Assembly (NCBI GenBank): GCA_964513845.1
Contig: CAZENT010000004.1
Coordinates: forward strand, 13,392 to 77,391
DNA length: 64,000 nt
Origin: an uncultured Pseudomonadales bacterium
GTDB taxonomy: Bacteria > Patescibacteriota > Microgenomatia > UBA1400 > MFAQ01
Direction: 5' to 3'
Positions 37,701 to 47,915 of this stretch are shown in pieces. The notes beneath the pieces are model-generated. The model saw only the letters and a program-made list of their open reading frames with translations, ran no database searches and was not told the origin of the DNA. A program made the position numbers and the translations under genes. Position 1 is the stretch's first letter. The number at the start of each line of letters is the position of its first letter.

Positions 37701-39156
37701 ACCTGAAGTCGCCATTGAAATAAACGAAATAAAACGTCGATCCGTTTCTGGTGTGTTGGCCTTAATATCACGAACCTTTATCGTTCAGATAATCTCTTTT
37801 GTTGCAACACTAGCTCTTACCATCTTCCTCGATCCTAATATCTACGGTATCTTCTATCTTGTTTCTTCCGTTGTAAACTTCTTAGCATATTTTTCCGATG
37901 TCGGATTAGCCGCCGCGCTGATTCAAAAAAAAGAAGCTATCACCAAAAAAGATCTTGCCACCACTTTTACCATTCAACAAATCTTGGTCTTTATTCTTCT
38001 CTTGGTTCTATTTTTAGTTAGACCGCTAATCCGTACTCAGTACAACATCGATCAATCTGGTATGTATCTTCTTTACGCCATGGGTGTTTCTCTATTCCTC
38101 AGCTCTCTCAAAACAATTCCTTCCATCATGTTAGAACGGGAAATAAAATTCAACAAACTTATTCTTCCTCAAATTCTCGAAACCTTGGCCTTTAACTTTG
38201 TTGCTGTTTTCTTTGCTTGGAAGGGCTTCGGGGTCACTGCTTTTACCTATGCAGTTTTGGCTAGAGGAGTTGTTGGTTTAGCTACTATGTACATTGTTTA
38301 TCCTTGGAAACCATCACTAGGAATCTACCGAGACTCACTCAGGTCACTTCTTCGCTTTGGTCTCCCATATCAAGCCAATACATTTTTAGCCGTTCTTAAA
38401 GACGATGGTATGACCATCATTCTTACCAAAATTATTGGCACGACAGGACTAGGCTACATCGGTTGGGCCAGTCGCTGGGCAGGGCTTCCTTTGAGGATTG
38501 TCATGGACAATCTCACCAAGGTTTCTTTTCCAACCTTCGCTCGTCTTCAACATGACAAAGAAAGATTGACTAGAGCGGTCGAGGTGAGTCTAAAATATAT
38601 GTGTCTGACTGCTTTCCCAATTCTAGTCGGTATGGGTTTCTTTGCTCTTCCTCTTGTTCAGTTAATTCCCAAATACGCCAAATGGCTTCCGGCCTTGATT
38701 CCTCTCTATATCTATTTGTACAACTCGGCTTGGGCCAGTATTTCTACTAGTCTTACCAATCTTCTCAATGCCACGGGGCATATAAAGACCACCTTTAAGC
38801 TGATGTTGATGTGGACAGGATTAACTTGGCTTTTAATGCCATTTCTATCAATAAAATTTGGATATCTTGGAGTTTCCTACGCCGTGGCCATTATCGCCAC
38901 CTCATCATTCGTCACTATAATTTTAGCCCGAAAGTACGTTCACTTCAATTTATTAAACATTCTCAAAACGCCATTAGCCGCAACTTTTCTCATGGCATCA
39001 TTTCTAACTTTTACTATTCAATATGCTCACTCATTTACTAGTCTAATAGTCATCGGTTTATCGTCTGCCATAATCTATTTTGGCACAATTATTCTTATCG
39101 AAGGCAAATCATTTTTCAAAGAAACGCTTAATTACTTCAGATTGAAACATGTTTAA
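37684..39156 (+). CDS. Oligosaccharide flippase (Wzx / MOP-superfamily polysaccharide biosynthesis protein)
   Basis: ~14 TM. Polysacc_synt-like N-terminal block (ISRTFIVQIISFVATLALTIFLDPNIYGIF...SDVGLAAALIQ). GTG start at 37684 assumed. Confidence 0.6.
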   Translation: MENVAEPEVAIEINEIKRRSVSGVLALISRTFIVQIISFVATLALTIFLDPNIYGIFYLVSSVVNFLAYFSDVGLAAALIQKKEAITKKDLATTFTIQQILVFILLLVLFLVRPLIRTQYNIDQSGMYLLYAMGVSLFLSSLKTIPSIMLEREIKFNKLILPQILETLAFNFVAVFFAWKGFGVTAFTYAVLARGVVGLATMYIVYPWKPSLGIYRDSLRSLLRFGLPYQANTFLAVLKDDGMTIILTKIIGTTGLGYIGWASRWAGLPLRIVMDNLTKVSFPTFARLQHDKERLTRAVEVSLKYMCLTAFPILVGMGFFALPLVQLIPKYAKWLPALIPLYIYLYNSAWASISTSLTNLLNATGHIKTTFKLMLMWTGLTWLLMPFLSIKFGYLGVSYAVAIIATSSFVTIILARKYVHFNLLNILKTPLAATFLMASFLTFTIQYAHSFTSLIVIGLSSAIIYFGTIILIEGKSFFKETLNYFRLKHV

Positions 39157-42100
39157 AAAACTTCTTTACTCTCTATTTATTCTTATATTTTTTCTAATTC
39201 CTGGAAAGTCATTCGCTTTTAACTACGATACCTTCATTACTATTACTAGTCCAGTAAGAGGTTTGGAAAACTGGAACAATATTCTTCAAGATCCATTGGA
39301 TATTCCCATCTTCCTTTATGAAGAATCATCCATGTCTGGTCTTCCCTCAAACTGGCTTTTTCGTTATGATGCTGTGGAAGACGCGAGTATTTCAGCTTTT
39401 TTCAAAAACATAATTCGATCCGACAAACAAGTTTCGCTTGGTGGTTTGTTGGAAATTACTCCGAGTCTTACTCAAAAAGCGGGCGTCAGATACCCAAACG
39501 GGAACACCAACAGAAATTTTCTATCCGGTTATAGTCAGACAGATAGAAAAATTTTGATTGATGAATTCATGGGGACTTTCAAAAAGCGCTTTGGATTTTA
39601 TCCAAAGTCAGTTGGAGCGGGGTACATCGATAGCTATTCTTTAGAATATCTTCAATCAAAGTATTCTGTGACAGTTGCTATGATCAGCGACGATCAGTTC
39701 CAAAAAGACGCTGTTCGTGTTTGGGGTGGATATTTAGGAAGCCCTTATTTCCCGGACAAAAACAACTCTCTTGTCCCTGCTCAGAGTTTACAGAATCGAG
39801 TAAATATTTCCATCGTACGCTGGAATCAAAAAGATTTATTTAATTTCATCAGCTCTGGTGGACAGTCAGGTTACTCGGTTCAGCCAAATGAATATCTAAT
39901 TATGGGGCTAAAAACAAATTATTTTAACAATTTACTCTCACAATATAGTCAAAAAGATTTTAATAAATTTACTTATCTCAATATCGGTTTAGAAAACACC
40001 CAGGAATTAAAAGACTATCGTCAAGAAATAAAAAATATCTTTGCTCTCCTAAAGTTAAATGAAAAAAATTATCGTTTAAATATTACCAGTCTCGAAACCT
40101 TTGGTGATTGGATGCGATCTATGTATCCGGAAAGCAGCCCTGTCTATTTTTATCGATCAACTGATCCATTAGGAAAACAATCAGGAGAGTCCTTTTGGTA
40201 TCAATCTCCCTTTTATCGAATAGGGCTAAAAACTGTCGATGGTCAAACAAAAATCATCGATTTTCGAGTTTACAATCGAGAAATCTATGAAGACAATTTT
40301 GTAATTCAAAATCAAAATTACACCGTCATTCAAGATATTCCTGCTTTGATAGATACAGTCAAATTCCCCGGCACCGAAATAATTCTTAATACTGATTTAG
40401 AAAAATACAAAACAGTCTACTCGGACAAAGACGAAATTTGGAAAATTACCCTTCAAGACGGTGATAAGAAAATAGTTTTTTATCCAGACTCAATTAAGTT
40501 TTCCGGGTTTATAGTTCCAGAAATTAATTTTGCTGACTTAAAAGTCACTCAATCAAATCACAATACAGATTGGAAAATAAATCCCCAAACTCCTTTCAAA
40601 GACACTCATGCTTTTTCTTGGATATTTTGGATAACTTTATTTTCTATCATCGTTTTCATCATCAAAAAATATCGCCAGCAAAAGCCATTAAAATTTTCTC
40701 CACCAATTATTGTTGGATTGTTATGTCTCATCCTAATCAGTCTGACTGTTATAAAAAGTGGCTTGGTTTTTCCTTTTGGTCTTGGTTTATGGGGACCAAA
40801 TGGTCATGATGCTGTTTTCCATTTATCACTAATTGAAAAGTTCGCTCAGAATCCTTTTAATCTAAATCATCCCCAATATGCCGGTGCAAAGCTCACCAAT
40901 TATCACTTTGTTTTTGACTATTTATCAGGAATATTAGTTAGAATTTTTGGAATCTCATCTGTCACCTTATTCTTTCGTTTTGTCCCCATTTTACTAGGTC
41001 TAATTTTGCTCCACCTTCTAAACAAACTCATGGACAAGTGGAAATACTCTTCATGGGAAAAATCAGTTTCTTATGTTTTAGTTTTTCTTGGTGGCTCTTT
41101 GGGTTTTATCCCCAAACTAATCACGGGTCAAGATGTTTTTTCAGGAGAGTCTGCTTTTTGGGTCAATCAATCAGCCTCTCTCTTTCTTAATCCACCGTTC
41201 GCTCTTTCTCTTGTATTTTTACTGATATTTTTACTGAACATTCCCAATGAAGACAAAATAAAACTTCGCTCTCTTCTAAAATTGATATTCTTCGGTGCCC
41301 TACTTTCTCAGACAAAAATTTATGCTTTTGTCTTGCTCGCCGCGGCTTTATTCTTTAGTCGCAAAGTAAAAATTCTCTCTGGAGTAGTTTTCTTGGGTGC
41401 CCTCTTCACCCTTCCGTTCTCCTCGTTTTCCGGATCACCCTTTGTTTTTGATCCGCTCTGGTTCAGTCGCAGTTTATTCGCCTCATATGATCGATTTTAC
41501 TGGGCACGTCTTTCTGGAGCCTGGCAGTCATATGAAGCTGTTGGCAACTTCCCCAAACTTATTGCAGTCAACATTTTTGCCACAGTAGTCTTTTTGATCG
41601 GCAATTTAGGAGTAAGAATTATTGGTCTTGTAGATCTGTTCAAAAATAATTCAAATGATATTTCCCAAAAGCTAGTCAAATGGATAATTATTGTCGGTCT
41701 GCTTTTACCCTTGCTCATCGTTCAGAAAATAAATCCTTGGAACACAATTCAATTTTCATATTATTCAATCTTCTTTTTGGGAATAATTTCTGGTCCTGTT
41801 ATTTTACGTCTCATAAAATCGATTAAATTAGCAGTATTAAGGTATTTCGTTATTATTTTTCTAATCTTTTTGGGTACGGCTACTAGTGTGGGAACCCTAA
41901 GAGACTACACCGGTTTTCTATCTGCTTCTGCAGTAGGTTTCAGTGAAATTGTCGGTCTTCAAACTCTAAGAGATCATCCCAAAGGCGTTGTCGTCTCTCC
42001 GCTTTTTATTCGCTCAAATACAGATGCCTCACCCAAGCCACTTTATAACTATGTCTCAACTGCATATATTTCCGCCTTTTCCGGGCAGCCAGAATTTCTG

Positions 42101-42331
42101 TCAGATACTATCAATCTCGACATTACTGGTTTTGATTATCAAACACGATCCAAACAGGTTCAACGTTTTTACAATACTCAAGACAAAAGCTGGGCACAGA
42201 GATTTTTGAAAGACAATGACATAAGATATATATACGAGACACCCATTCAATCTATCAAAATTAGCCCTTCTGATTTATCGCTAACAATAATCTATAACTC
42301 AGGTGGATTTAAAATCTACAAAACATACTAA
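39149..42331 (+). CDS. Large (1060 aa) membrane protein: N-terminal ~480-aa extracytoplasmic domain fused to multi-TM domain of the GHDxxxHLSL family
   Basis: Signal peptide, soluble domain of unknown fold, then TM domain with GLWGPNGHDAVFHLSLIEKF...KLTNYHFVFDYL block shared with 45213 and 56249 proteins. Confidence 0.6.
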   Translation: MFKKLLYSLFILIFFLIPGKSFAFNYDTFITITSPVRGLENWNNILQDPLDIPIFLYEESSMSGLPSNWLFRYDAVEDASISAFFKNIIRSDKQVSLGGLLEITPSLTQKAGVRYPNGNTNRNFLSGYSQTDRKILIDEFMGTFKKRFGFYPKSVGAGYIDSYSLEYLQSKYSVTVAMISDDQFQKDAVRVWGGYLGSPYFPDKNNSLVPAQSLQNRVNISIVRWNQKDLFNFISSGGQSGYSVQPNEYLIMGLKTNYFNNLLSQYSQKDFNKFTYLNIGLENTQELKDYRQEIKNIFALLKLNEKNYRLNITSLETFGDWMRSMYPESSPVYFYRSTDPLGKQSGESFWYQSPFYRIGLKTVDGQTKIIDFRVYNREIYEDNFVIQNQNYTVIQDIPALIDTVKFPGTEIILNTDLEKYKTVYSDKDEIWKITLQDGDKKIVFYPDSIKFSGFIVPEINFADLKVTQSNHNTDWKINPQTPFKDTHAFSWIFWITLFSIIVFIIKKYRQQKPLKFSPPIIVGLLCLILISLTVIKSGLVFPFGLGLWGPNGHDAVFHLSLIEKFAQNPFNLNHPQYAGAKLTNYHFVFDYLSGILVRIFGISSVTLFFRFVPILLGLILLHLLNKLMDKWKYSSWEKSVSYVLVFLGGSLGFIPKLITGQDVFSGESAFWVNQSASLFLNPPFALSLVFLLIFLLNIPNEDKIKLRSLLKLIFFGALLSQTKIYAFVLLAAALFFSRKVKILSGVVFLGALFTLPFSSFSGSPFVFDPLWFSRSLFASYDRFYWARLSGAWQSYEAVGNFPKLIAVNIFATVVFLIGNLGVRIIGLVDLFKNNSNDISQKLVKWIIIVGLLLPLLIVQKINPWNTIQFSYYSIFFLGIISGPVILRLIKSIKLAVLRYFVIIFLIFLGTATSVGTLRDYTGFLSASAVGFSEIVGLQTLRDHPKGVVVSPLFIRSNTDASPKPLYNYVSTAYISAFSGQPEFLSDTINLDITGFDYQTRSKQVQRFYNTQDKSWAQRFLKDNDIRYIYETPIQSIKISPSDLSLTIIYNSGGFKIYKTY

Positions 42332-42332
42332 T

Positions 42333-43250
42333 ATGTCCAAAATAAATATCTCAGCAGTTGTCAACACTAGAAACGAAGAAAAAAATATTGAAGACTGTCT
42401 TCGGTCTTTAGAGTTTGCAGATGAAATCATCGTCGTTGATATGGAGTCGACAGATGACACGAAGCAAATCGCCAAAAAATACACCGACAAAGTTTTTGAT
42501 ACAAAAATGGTTGGCTATGTTGAGCCAGCCAGAAACTTTGCCATCAGTAAAGCTGTTGGCGACTGGGTTTTGATTGTTGATGCTGATGAGCGTATTCCCA
42601 AAACTCTTGCCAAGAAGCTCATCGAGATCACCGAAGGCCAGGATGTTGATTTTGTGAGAATCCCCAGAAAAAATCTAATTTTTGGTCAATGGACTCAGCA
42701 CTCCCGTTGGTGGCCGGACTTCAACATCCGCTTTTTTAAAAAGGATGCCGTCGAGTGGCAAAACGAAATCCACTCCATTCCGGTGACAACAGGTATTGGA
42801 ATCAATCTCGATACTGAAGAGTCCCTTGCCATCGAACATCACCACTACAACAATGTTGATGAATACTTCGAACGAGCTCTTCGCTACTCATCTCAGCAAG
42901 CCAAAGAGCTAATAAATTCCGGATACAAATTCGACGCCAAAGACTTCATCGTTAAACCCATTAGTGAATTCATAAGTCGATTCTTCGCCGGCGAAGGATA
43001 CAAAGATGGTCTTCATGGATTGATTCTGGCCTTCCTTCAAATGTTTTCCGTCATGCTTATTTATCTGAAAGTCTGGCAAGCAGAAGGTCAAGAGCCCAAA
43101 AAAGCCGGCTTCTTTACCCCCATCTGGCAAAAGCTTTTCCTTGAGAAGTTCAAAGAACTTCGTTACTGGTATCTCACCGTGCTCATCCAAAGCCAACCCT
43201 CCAAAACCAAGCGCTTTCTCCTAAAGCTCACCCGCAAGCTAAGTAAATAA
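42333..43250 (+). CDS. GT2 glycosyltransferase
   Basis: ISAVVNTRNEE...IIVVDMESTDDT...VDADE GT2 motifs. Start at 42333 directly after stop of previous gene. Confidence 0.75.
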   Translation: MSKINISAVVNTRNEEKNIEDCLRSLEFADEIIVVDMESTDDTKQIAKKYTDKVFDTKMVGYVEPARNFAISKAVGDWVLIVDADERIPKTLAKKLIEITEGQDVDFVRIPRKNLIFGQWTQHSRWWPDFNIRFFKKDAVEWQNEIHSIPVTTGIGINLDTEESLAIEHHHYNNVDEYFERALRYSSQQAKELINSGYKFDAKDFIVKPISEFISRFFAGEGYKDGLHGLILAFLQMFSVMLIYLKVWQAEGQEPKKAGFFTPIWQKLFLEKFKELRYWYLTVLIQSQPSKTKRFLLKLTRKLSK

Positions 43251-43498
43251 TATTTTTCTAAAAACCATAAAACCATCCATTTCGAACGAGTTGCTTCGCA
43301 TGCGCGTCGTAGGATTCTTTCGAATTCTTATAAAAAGTGGCGAGATAGGCACGCTTGACGACTGCCTAGATTGAGACCACATAATATGAGAAAGAAGACT
43401 ACAGCGACCGATGCATTAGTGAGAAATGTGGTGGTGAGTGGTTTAGGGAAATATTATTTATCTGATAAGTCAGCTTTGATATACACTATAATTAATCA

Positions 43499-44410
43499 AT
43501 GAAACTAGGCTTTATCTCCGTCAGCTTTCACAGCACAGAAGACACTCTGAATGTCGTAAAACAGCTTGAAAAAAACGCCCTTCCTTTGGCAGTAACTTCT
43601 ACAGTTTACGTTGTCGACAACAGCCGATCCTCAGAGCTCAAAGAAAAGCTCGCCAAACACCCCCAAGCAGTTTATATCGAGAGTCCAGGAAACATCGGCT
43701 TTGCCGCCGGCAACAACTTAGGCTTAAAAAGAGCCATAGATGATGGAGTTGATATTGTTGTCATGATAAACAACGATACTATTGTTCCCGAAGATCTTAT
43801 CCTCAATATTCTTGCTTCTCCCATAGTCGAAAAATCCACCGGTGCCGTAGGCGGCCTAATTTATTTTGCCAAGGGTTTTGAGTTTGAAGATAAATACAAA
43901 AAAGAAGATTTAGGGAAAGTCGTTTGGTATGCAGGCGGGGAGTATGACTGGAACAATGTTTACGCCTCCCATATCGGTGTAAACGAAGTAGATCAGGGTC
44001 AGTTCGATGATGTTCGTGAAACAGATTTTATTACTGGCTGTTTATTTATCACCAAAGCTGAAGTGCTTAAGAAGGTTGGTTTGTTTGACGAGCGTTACTG
44101 TTTATATTTCGAAGACTCCAATCTCGGTATGAGAATCAAAAAGGCCGGCTATAAGCTAATCTTTGATCCCAATATCAAGTTGTGGCACAAGGTTGCTCAG
44201 AGTTCCGGTATTGGTTCTCCACTTAATGACTATTTCCTAACCAGAAATCGTTTACTTTTCGGTATGGACTACGCCAAAACCAGAACAAAGCTAGCACTCT
44301 TAAGAGAAGCCATTAAAAAATTATTTATTGGTACCAAAGCCCAGAAGCAAGCCGTACGTGACTTTTTTACTCGTAATCTGGGTGGCGGATCTTGGATAAA
44401 AAAACCATGA
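43499..44410 (+). CDS. GT2 glycosyltransferase (rhamnosyltransferase/WbbL-like)
   Basis: VYVVDNSRSS...GNIGFAAGNN...NNDT and YFEDSNL blocks typical of GT2 rhamnosyl/galactosyl transferases. Confidence 0.7.
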   Translation: MKLGFISVSFHSTEDTLNVVKQLEKNALPLAVTSTVYVVDNSRSSELKEKLAKHPQAVYIESPGNIGFAAGNNLGLKRAIDDGVDIVVMINNDTIVPEDLILNILASPIVEKSTGAVGGLIYFAKGFEFEDKYKKEDLGKVVWYAGGEYDWNNVYASHIGVNEVDQGQFDDVRETDFITGCLFITKAEVLKKVGLFDERYCLYFEDSNLGMRIKKAGYKLIFDPNIKLWHKVAQSSGIGSPLNDYFLTRNRLLFGMDYAKTRTKLALLREAIKKLFIGTKAQKQAVRDFFTRNLGGGSWIKKP

Positions 44411-45216
44411 AAAAACTATCTGTCATCATTCTCGCCAAAAACGTTGCCGACGAAATTATTCCCGCAATCAAGACCTCACAGTTCGCCTCAGAAGTCATTG
44501 TCGTAGACACTGGCTCAACCGACAACACAGTTGAGGTGTGTCGCAAATTGGGTGCCAAGATAGTACACGACACTGGTGATAGTTTTTCGAAATGGCGCAA
44601 CAGCGGCGCCAAAGAAGCCAAAGGTGAATGGCTGCTCTATCTCGACTCGGATGAGCGCATCACCGTGAAGCTTGCTAGAGAGATTCTCTCCACTATTGAG
44701 GAGCCTCAGTTTGAGGCTTACACCATCAGTCGCTACGAAATTTTCTTAGGCAAACATCTCAATCACTGGGGCGATCCTCGTGTTCTGCGATTAATGAAAA
44801 AAGACGCTCTCAAACGTTGGGAGGGTAAGCTTCACGAACAGCCAAAAATCAATGGAAAAATAGGGGACCTTCGTCATCAAATGGTACATCTCTCTCATAA
44901 AAACATCGATGAAAAGGTTATAAACACTCTGAAATGGTCAAAGTTAGAAGCTCAAATGCTAGTCGATATCAATCACCCTCCGATGAAAGGTTGGCGTTTC
45001 ATTAGGATTATGCTTACGGAATTTTGGTCAAGAGCAGTCAGGCAACGCCTTTGGAAAGATGGTACAGAGGGCTGGATCGAAATTATTTATCAGATGTTCA
45101 GCAAATTCATGACTTACGAAAGGCTTTGGGAAGCTCAGAGAAAGCCGTCTCTCTCCGAAACTTACAAAAAAGTCGATCAAGATCTAATGAAAGAATGGCA
45201 GCAAGAAAATAAATGA
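44407..45216 (+). CDS. GT2 glycosyltransferase
   Basis: LSVIILAKNV...VIVVDTGSTDNT...LDSDE GT2 motifs. ATGA overlap with upstream gene. Confidence 0.7.
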   Translation: MKKLSVIILAKNVADEIIPAIKTSQFASEVIVVDTGSTDNTVEVCRKLGAKIVHDTGDSFSKWRNSGAKEAKGEWLLYLDSDERITVKLAREILSTIEEPQFEAYTISRYEIFLGKHLNHWGDPRVLRLMKKDALKRWEGKLHEQPKINGKIGDLRHQMVHLSHKNIDEKVINTLKWSKLEAQMLVDINHPPMKGWRFIRIMLTEFWSRAVRQRLWKDGTEGWIEIIYQMFSKFMTYERLWEAQRKPSLSETYKKVDQDLMKEWQQENK

Positions 45217-46820
45217 AAAAAATATTTCTTCTTGTTTTAGCGTTAATTTTAGCGTCACCCTTGTTAGTCAGTGTTCTTCGTTCAGATGGCTCAATGTTGA
45301 TAAATGGCAGTGGCGACAATTTATGGCACCTAAGTTTGGCAATTGAAACTCAAAAACAAATTCCACCCACATTTCCTGGTATGAACGGTGTTCCTTTAAA
45401 AAATTATCACTATTTCAGCGATTTAGTTTGGGGGACACTTAGTAAAATTACGAACATCAGTATTTCCACCATGTATTTTCAAATCGGTGCCGTAATTGTT
45501 TGTTTCTTACTGGTTTATCTGGTTTATAAGTTGGCCTTTTACTACTCAAAAAATACCAACTGGTCAATAGTTTGCGTAATCACGACTCTTTTTGTAGGTT
45601 CGGCCGCTTTTGTAAAGCCATTATTTATCAAAGATGCTGTTTGGAGTGGCAATAACTTCATGCTTGATCAGCCTTATGACCAGCTAATAAATTTACACAC
45701 AGGCATTGGCTATATTTTAATCATTCTGGGCACGATATTGGTGTTCAAGTGGCTCCGAACCGGCAATCTAAAATATAGTTTTTATGCTGCGCTGGTGTTT
45801 TCAACTCTTTTTGGCATAAAAATCTTTTTTGCGATCCCCATAGCTATTGCCTTCGGCATTATTTGCCTAGTACAAATCAAAGACACCAAGTTCAAAAGTA
45901 TCTTGCCCGCATTTTTATTATTTGTTTTATCTATCCTCATTTATTATCTAATTAGCGACAAGTCCAGCCTAAACCACAACTCACCAATTACACTCAGACC
46001 GGGTTGGTTGCTGACAAAAATGATAGAAGATCCAGACAGATTTAAATTAGATGGTTATTACCTAAAACAATTACATTACGAATCAAAAAATAACTGGCTG
46101 AGACTTACGCAAATGGAAATTGAGAAGATATTTATGTATCTTCTTGGTAATTTTTGGATCAAACTTCTTGGAGTAGTTTATTTAATTAAATCATTCAAAA
46201 AGTATCCGAAAGAAAACATCTTTTTATCGCTTTGTATTATTATTTCTCTAATTCTTCCTCTTCTGGTTACACCAGAGCCTGATCCATTCAACACAATTCA
46301 GTTTGGCCAAGTCGCCATCATATTTTTAGGTCTATTGCTCGGATTATTTGCCTCACAGTCCAAAAAAAACACTATCATTCTGGCGCTATTTACTCCGATA
46401 ATTATTTTTTCTTTTTATACAAGTTTTTTCAACCCCAAAAAATTTAATGAATATATCATTCCCAAGGAAGAAATTTCTGCTCTCCAATATCTGAAAAATA
46501 ACTCCGAAACAAACGCCGTCGTTATGGTTGATCCTTTATTTGATAATAAAAAAATGAAAGTGACAGCCTTCGCAGAAAGAAGAACTTTCTATACTGGAGA
46601 TAATATTTCTTGGCTTTTTAATATTGTTGATGACGGTCGTAGTAAAACCCAAACCTCGTTTTTTTCTCCGGACACTGATGACAAATTTATCAGGGAAACC
46701 ATCAAGGATTACTCGATAGGTTACATCTATTCTTCATCACCATTGAGCTTTGAAAAACAAGGTTACTCATTAGTTTATTCAAATCCTCAAGTGTACATTT
46801 TTAAAACAAAACTCAACTAA
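45213..46820 (+). CDS. Polytopic membrane protein of GHDxxxHLSL family (putative GT-C glycosyltransferase)
   Basis: NGSGDNLWHLSLAIETQ...PLKNYHYFSDLVWG block paralogous to 39149 and 56249 proteins. Confidence 0.55.
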   Translation: MKKIFLLVLALILASPLLVSVLRSDGSMLINGSGDNLWHLSLAIETQKQIPPTFPGMNGVPLKNYHYFSDLVWGTLSKITNISISTMYFQIGAVIVCFLLVYLVYKLAFYYSKNTNWSIVCVITTLFVGSAAFVKPLFIKDAVWSGNNFMLDQPYDQLINLHTGIGYILIILGTILVFKWLRTGNLKYSFYAALVFSTLFGIKIFFAIPIAIAFGIICLVQIKDTKFKSILPAFLLFVLSILIYYLISDKSSLNHNSPITLRPGWLLTKMIEDPDRFKLDGYYLKQLHYESKNNWLRLTQMEIEKIFMYLLGNFWIKLLGVVYLIKSFKKYPKENIFLSLCIIISLILPLLVTPEPDPFNTIQFGQVAIIFLGLLLGLFASQSKKNTIILALFTPIIIFSFYTSFFNPKKFNEYIIPKEEISALQYLKNNSETNAVVMVDPLFDNKKMKVTAFAERRTFYTGDNISWLFNIVDDGRSKTQTSFFSPDTDDKFIRETIKDYSIGYIYSSSPLSFEKQGYSLVYSNPQVYIFKTKLN

Positions 46821-46850
46821 ACTGCATAATTAGAATAGAATAGTAACTAC

Positions 46851-47915
46851 ATGAAAAAAGCTCTAATATTTGATCCGTATTTAGACACTCTAGGAGGAGG
46901 GGAGCGCTACTGTCTTACCTTTGCTACCGCTTTGATTTCTCTTGGCTACTCTGTTGAACTCGCCTGGAACTCACCGGAAACACTAAAGGCAGCTGAAAAT
47001 CGTTTTGGTCTTGATTTGTCAAAAATAAAAGTCAATAAGAAAGCTTACGAGATGTGTACCGGAAAATCATCTTTTTTTAAAAAGATTATTTTTACAATGC
47101 GATTCGGCTTAATTTTTTGGATTAGTGATGGCAGCTTACCCTTTCTCTTTTCCAAAAATAATCTAATTCATTTACAAGTTCCTTTTAAAACACTAGGAGG
47201 AAACTCATTTGTAAACAAAATAAAAACTCTTTTTGTCCACAAATTTGTCTACAACTCTCGATTTACTGCCAATGTCCACGAAACTCATTTACCCAAAAAC
47301 AAAAGTTTCATTCTTTATCCCCCTATCGATGTAGAAAGTTTCCATCCAGAAAAAAAAGAAGATATTATTTTGTCTGTTGCCCGTTTCGATTCTCCCAGCC
47401 ACTCCAAACGTCAGGATGTTCTCATTGACGCCTTCAAAATATTAAACAAGTCTTATCCGGATTACCAGCTGTTTTTAGCAGGAGGTAGTTTTGGCACGTC
47501 AGATACTCTCGAGAAGTTAAAAGCCCAAGCTGGTTCTCTACCTGTCAAGTTTTTAGTTAATCCAGACTTTGAAAAGCTGAAAAACCTCTACGCCAAATCA
47601 AAATTTTTCTGGCATGCTGCCGGCTACGAAATAGACGACAAACAAAATCCTGAAAAGGTAGAACATTTTGGTATGACCACAGTTGAGTCTATGTCAGCTG
47701 GTTGTATTCCGGTCGTAATGGCGAGAGGTGGTCAAAAAGAAATTATCTCTGATGGTAACGGAGTTCTTTTTGAAACCATTCAAGATTTAGCCAAACAAAC
47801 CGAAAAATTAATCAAGAATAGTGTTTTGGCAGAAAGTTATTCCAAGTCAGCCATAAAAACATCAGAAAAGTACTCTACAAAACACTTCATTGAGAAAATT
47901 AGTTCCTTATTATGA
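46851..47915 (+). CDS. GT4 glycosyltransferase (retaining, GT-B fold)
   Basis: C-terminal EHFGMTTVESMSAGCIPVV (E-x7-E motif), N-terminal GGGERY region. Confidence 0.75.
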   Translation: MKKALIFDPYLDTLGGGERYCLTFATALISLGYSVELAWNSPETLKAAENRFGLDLSKIKVNKKAYEMCTGKSSFFKKIIFTMRFGLIFWISDGSLPFLFSKNNLIHLQVPFKTLGGNSFVNKIKTLFVHKFVYNSRFTANVHETHLPKNKSFILYPPIDVESFHPEKKEDIILSVARFDSPSHSKRQDVLIDAFKILNKSYPDYQLFLAGGSFGTSDTLEKLKAQAGSLPVKFLVNPDFEKLKNLYAKSKFFWHAAGYEIDDKQNPEKVEHFGMTTVESMSAGCIPVVMARGGQKEIISDGNGVLFETIQDLAKQTEKLIKNSVLAESYSKSAIKTSEKYSTKHFIEKISSLL

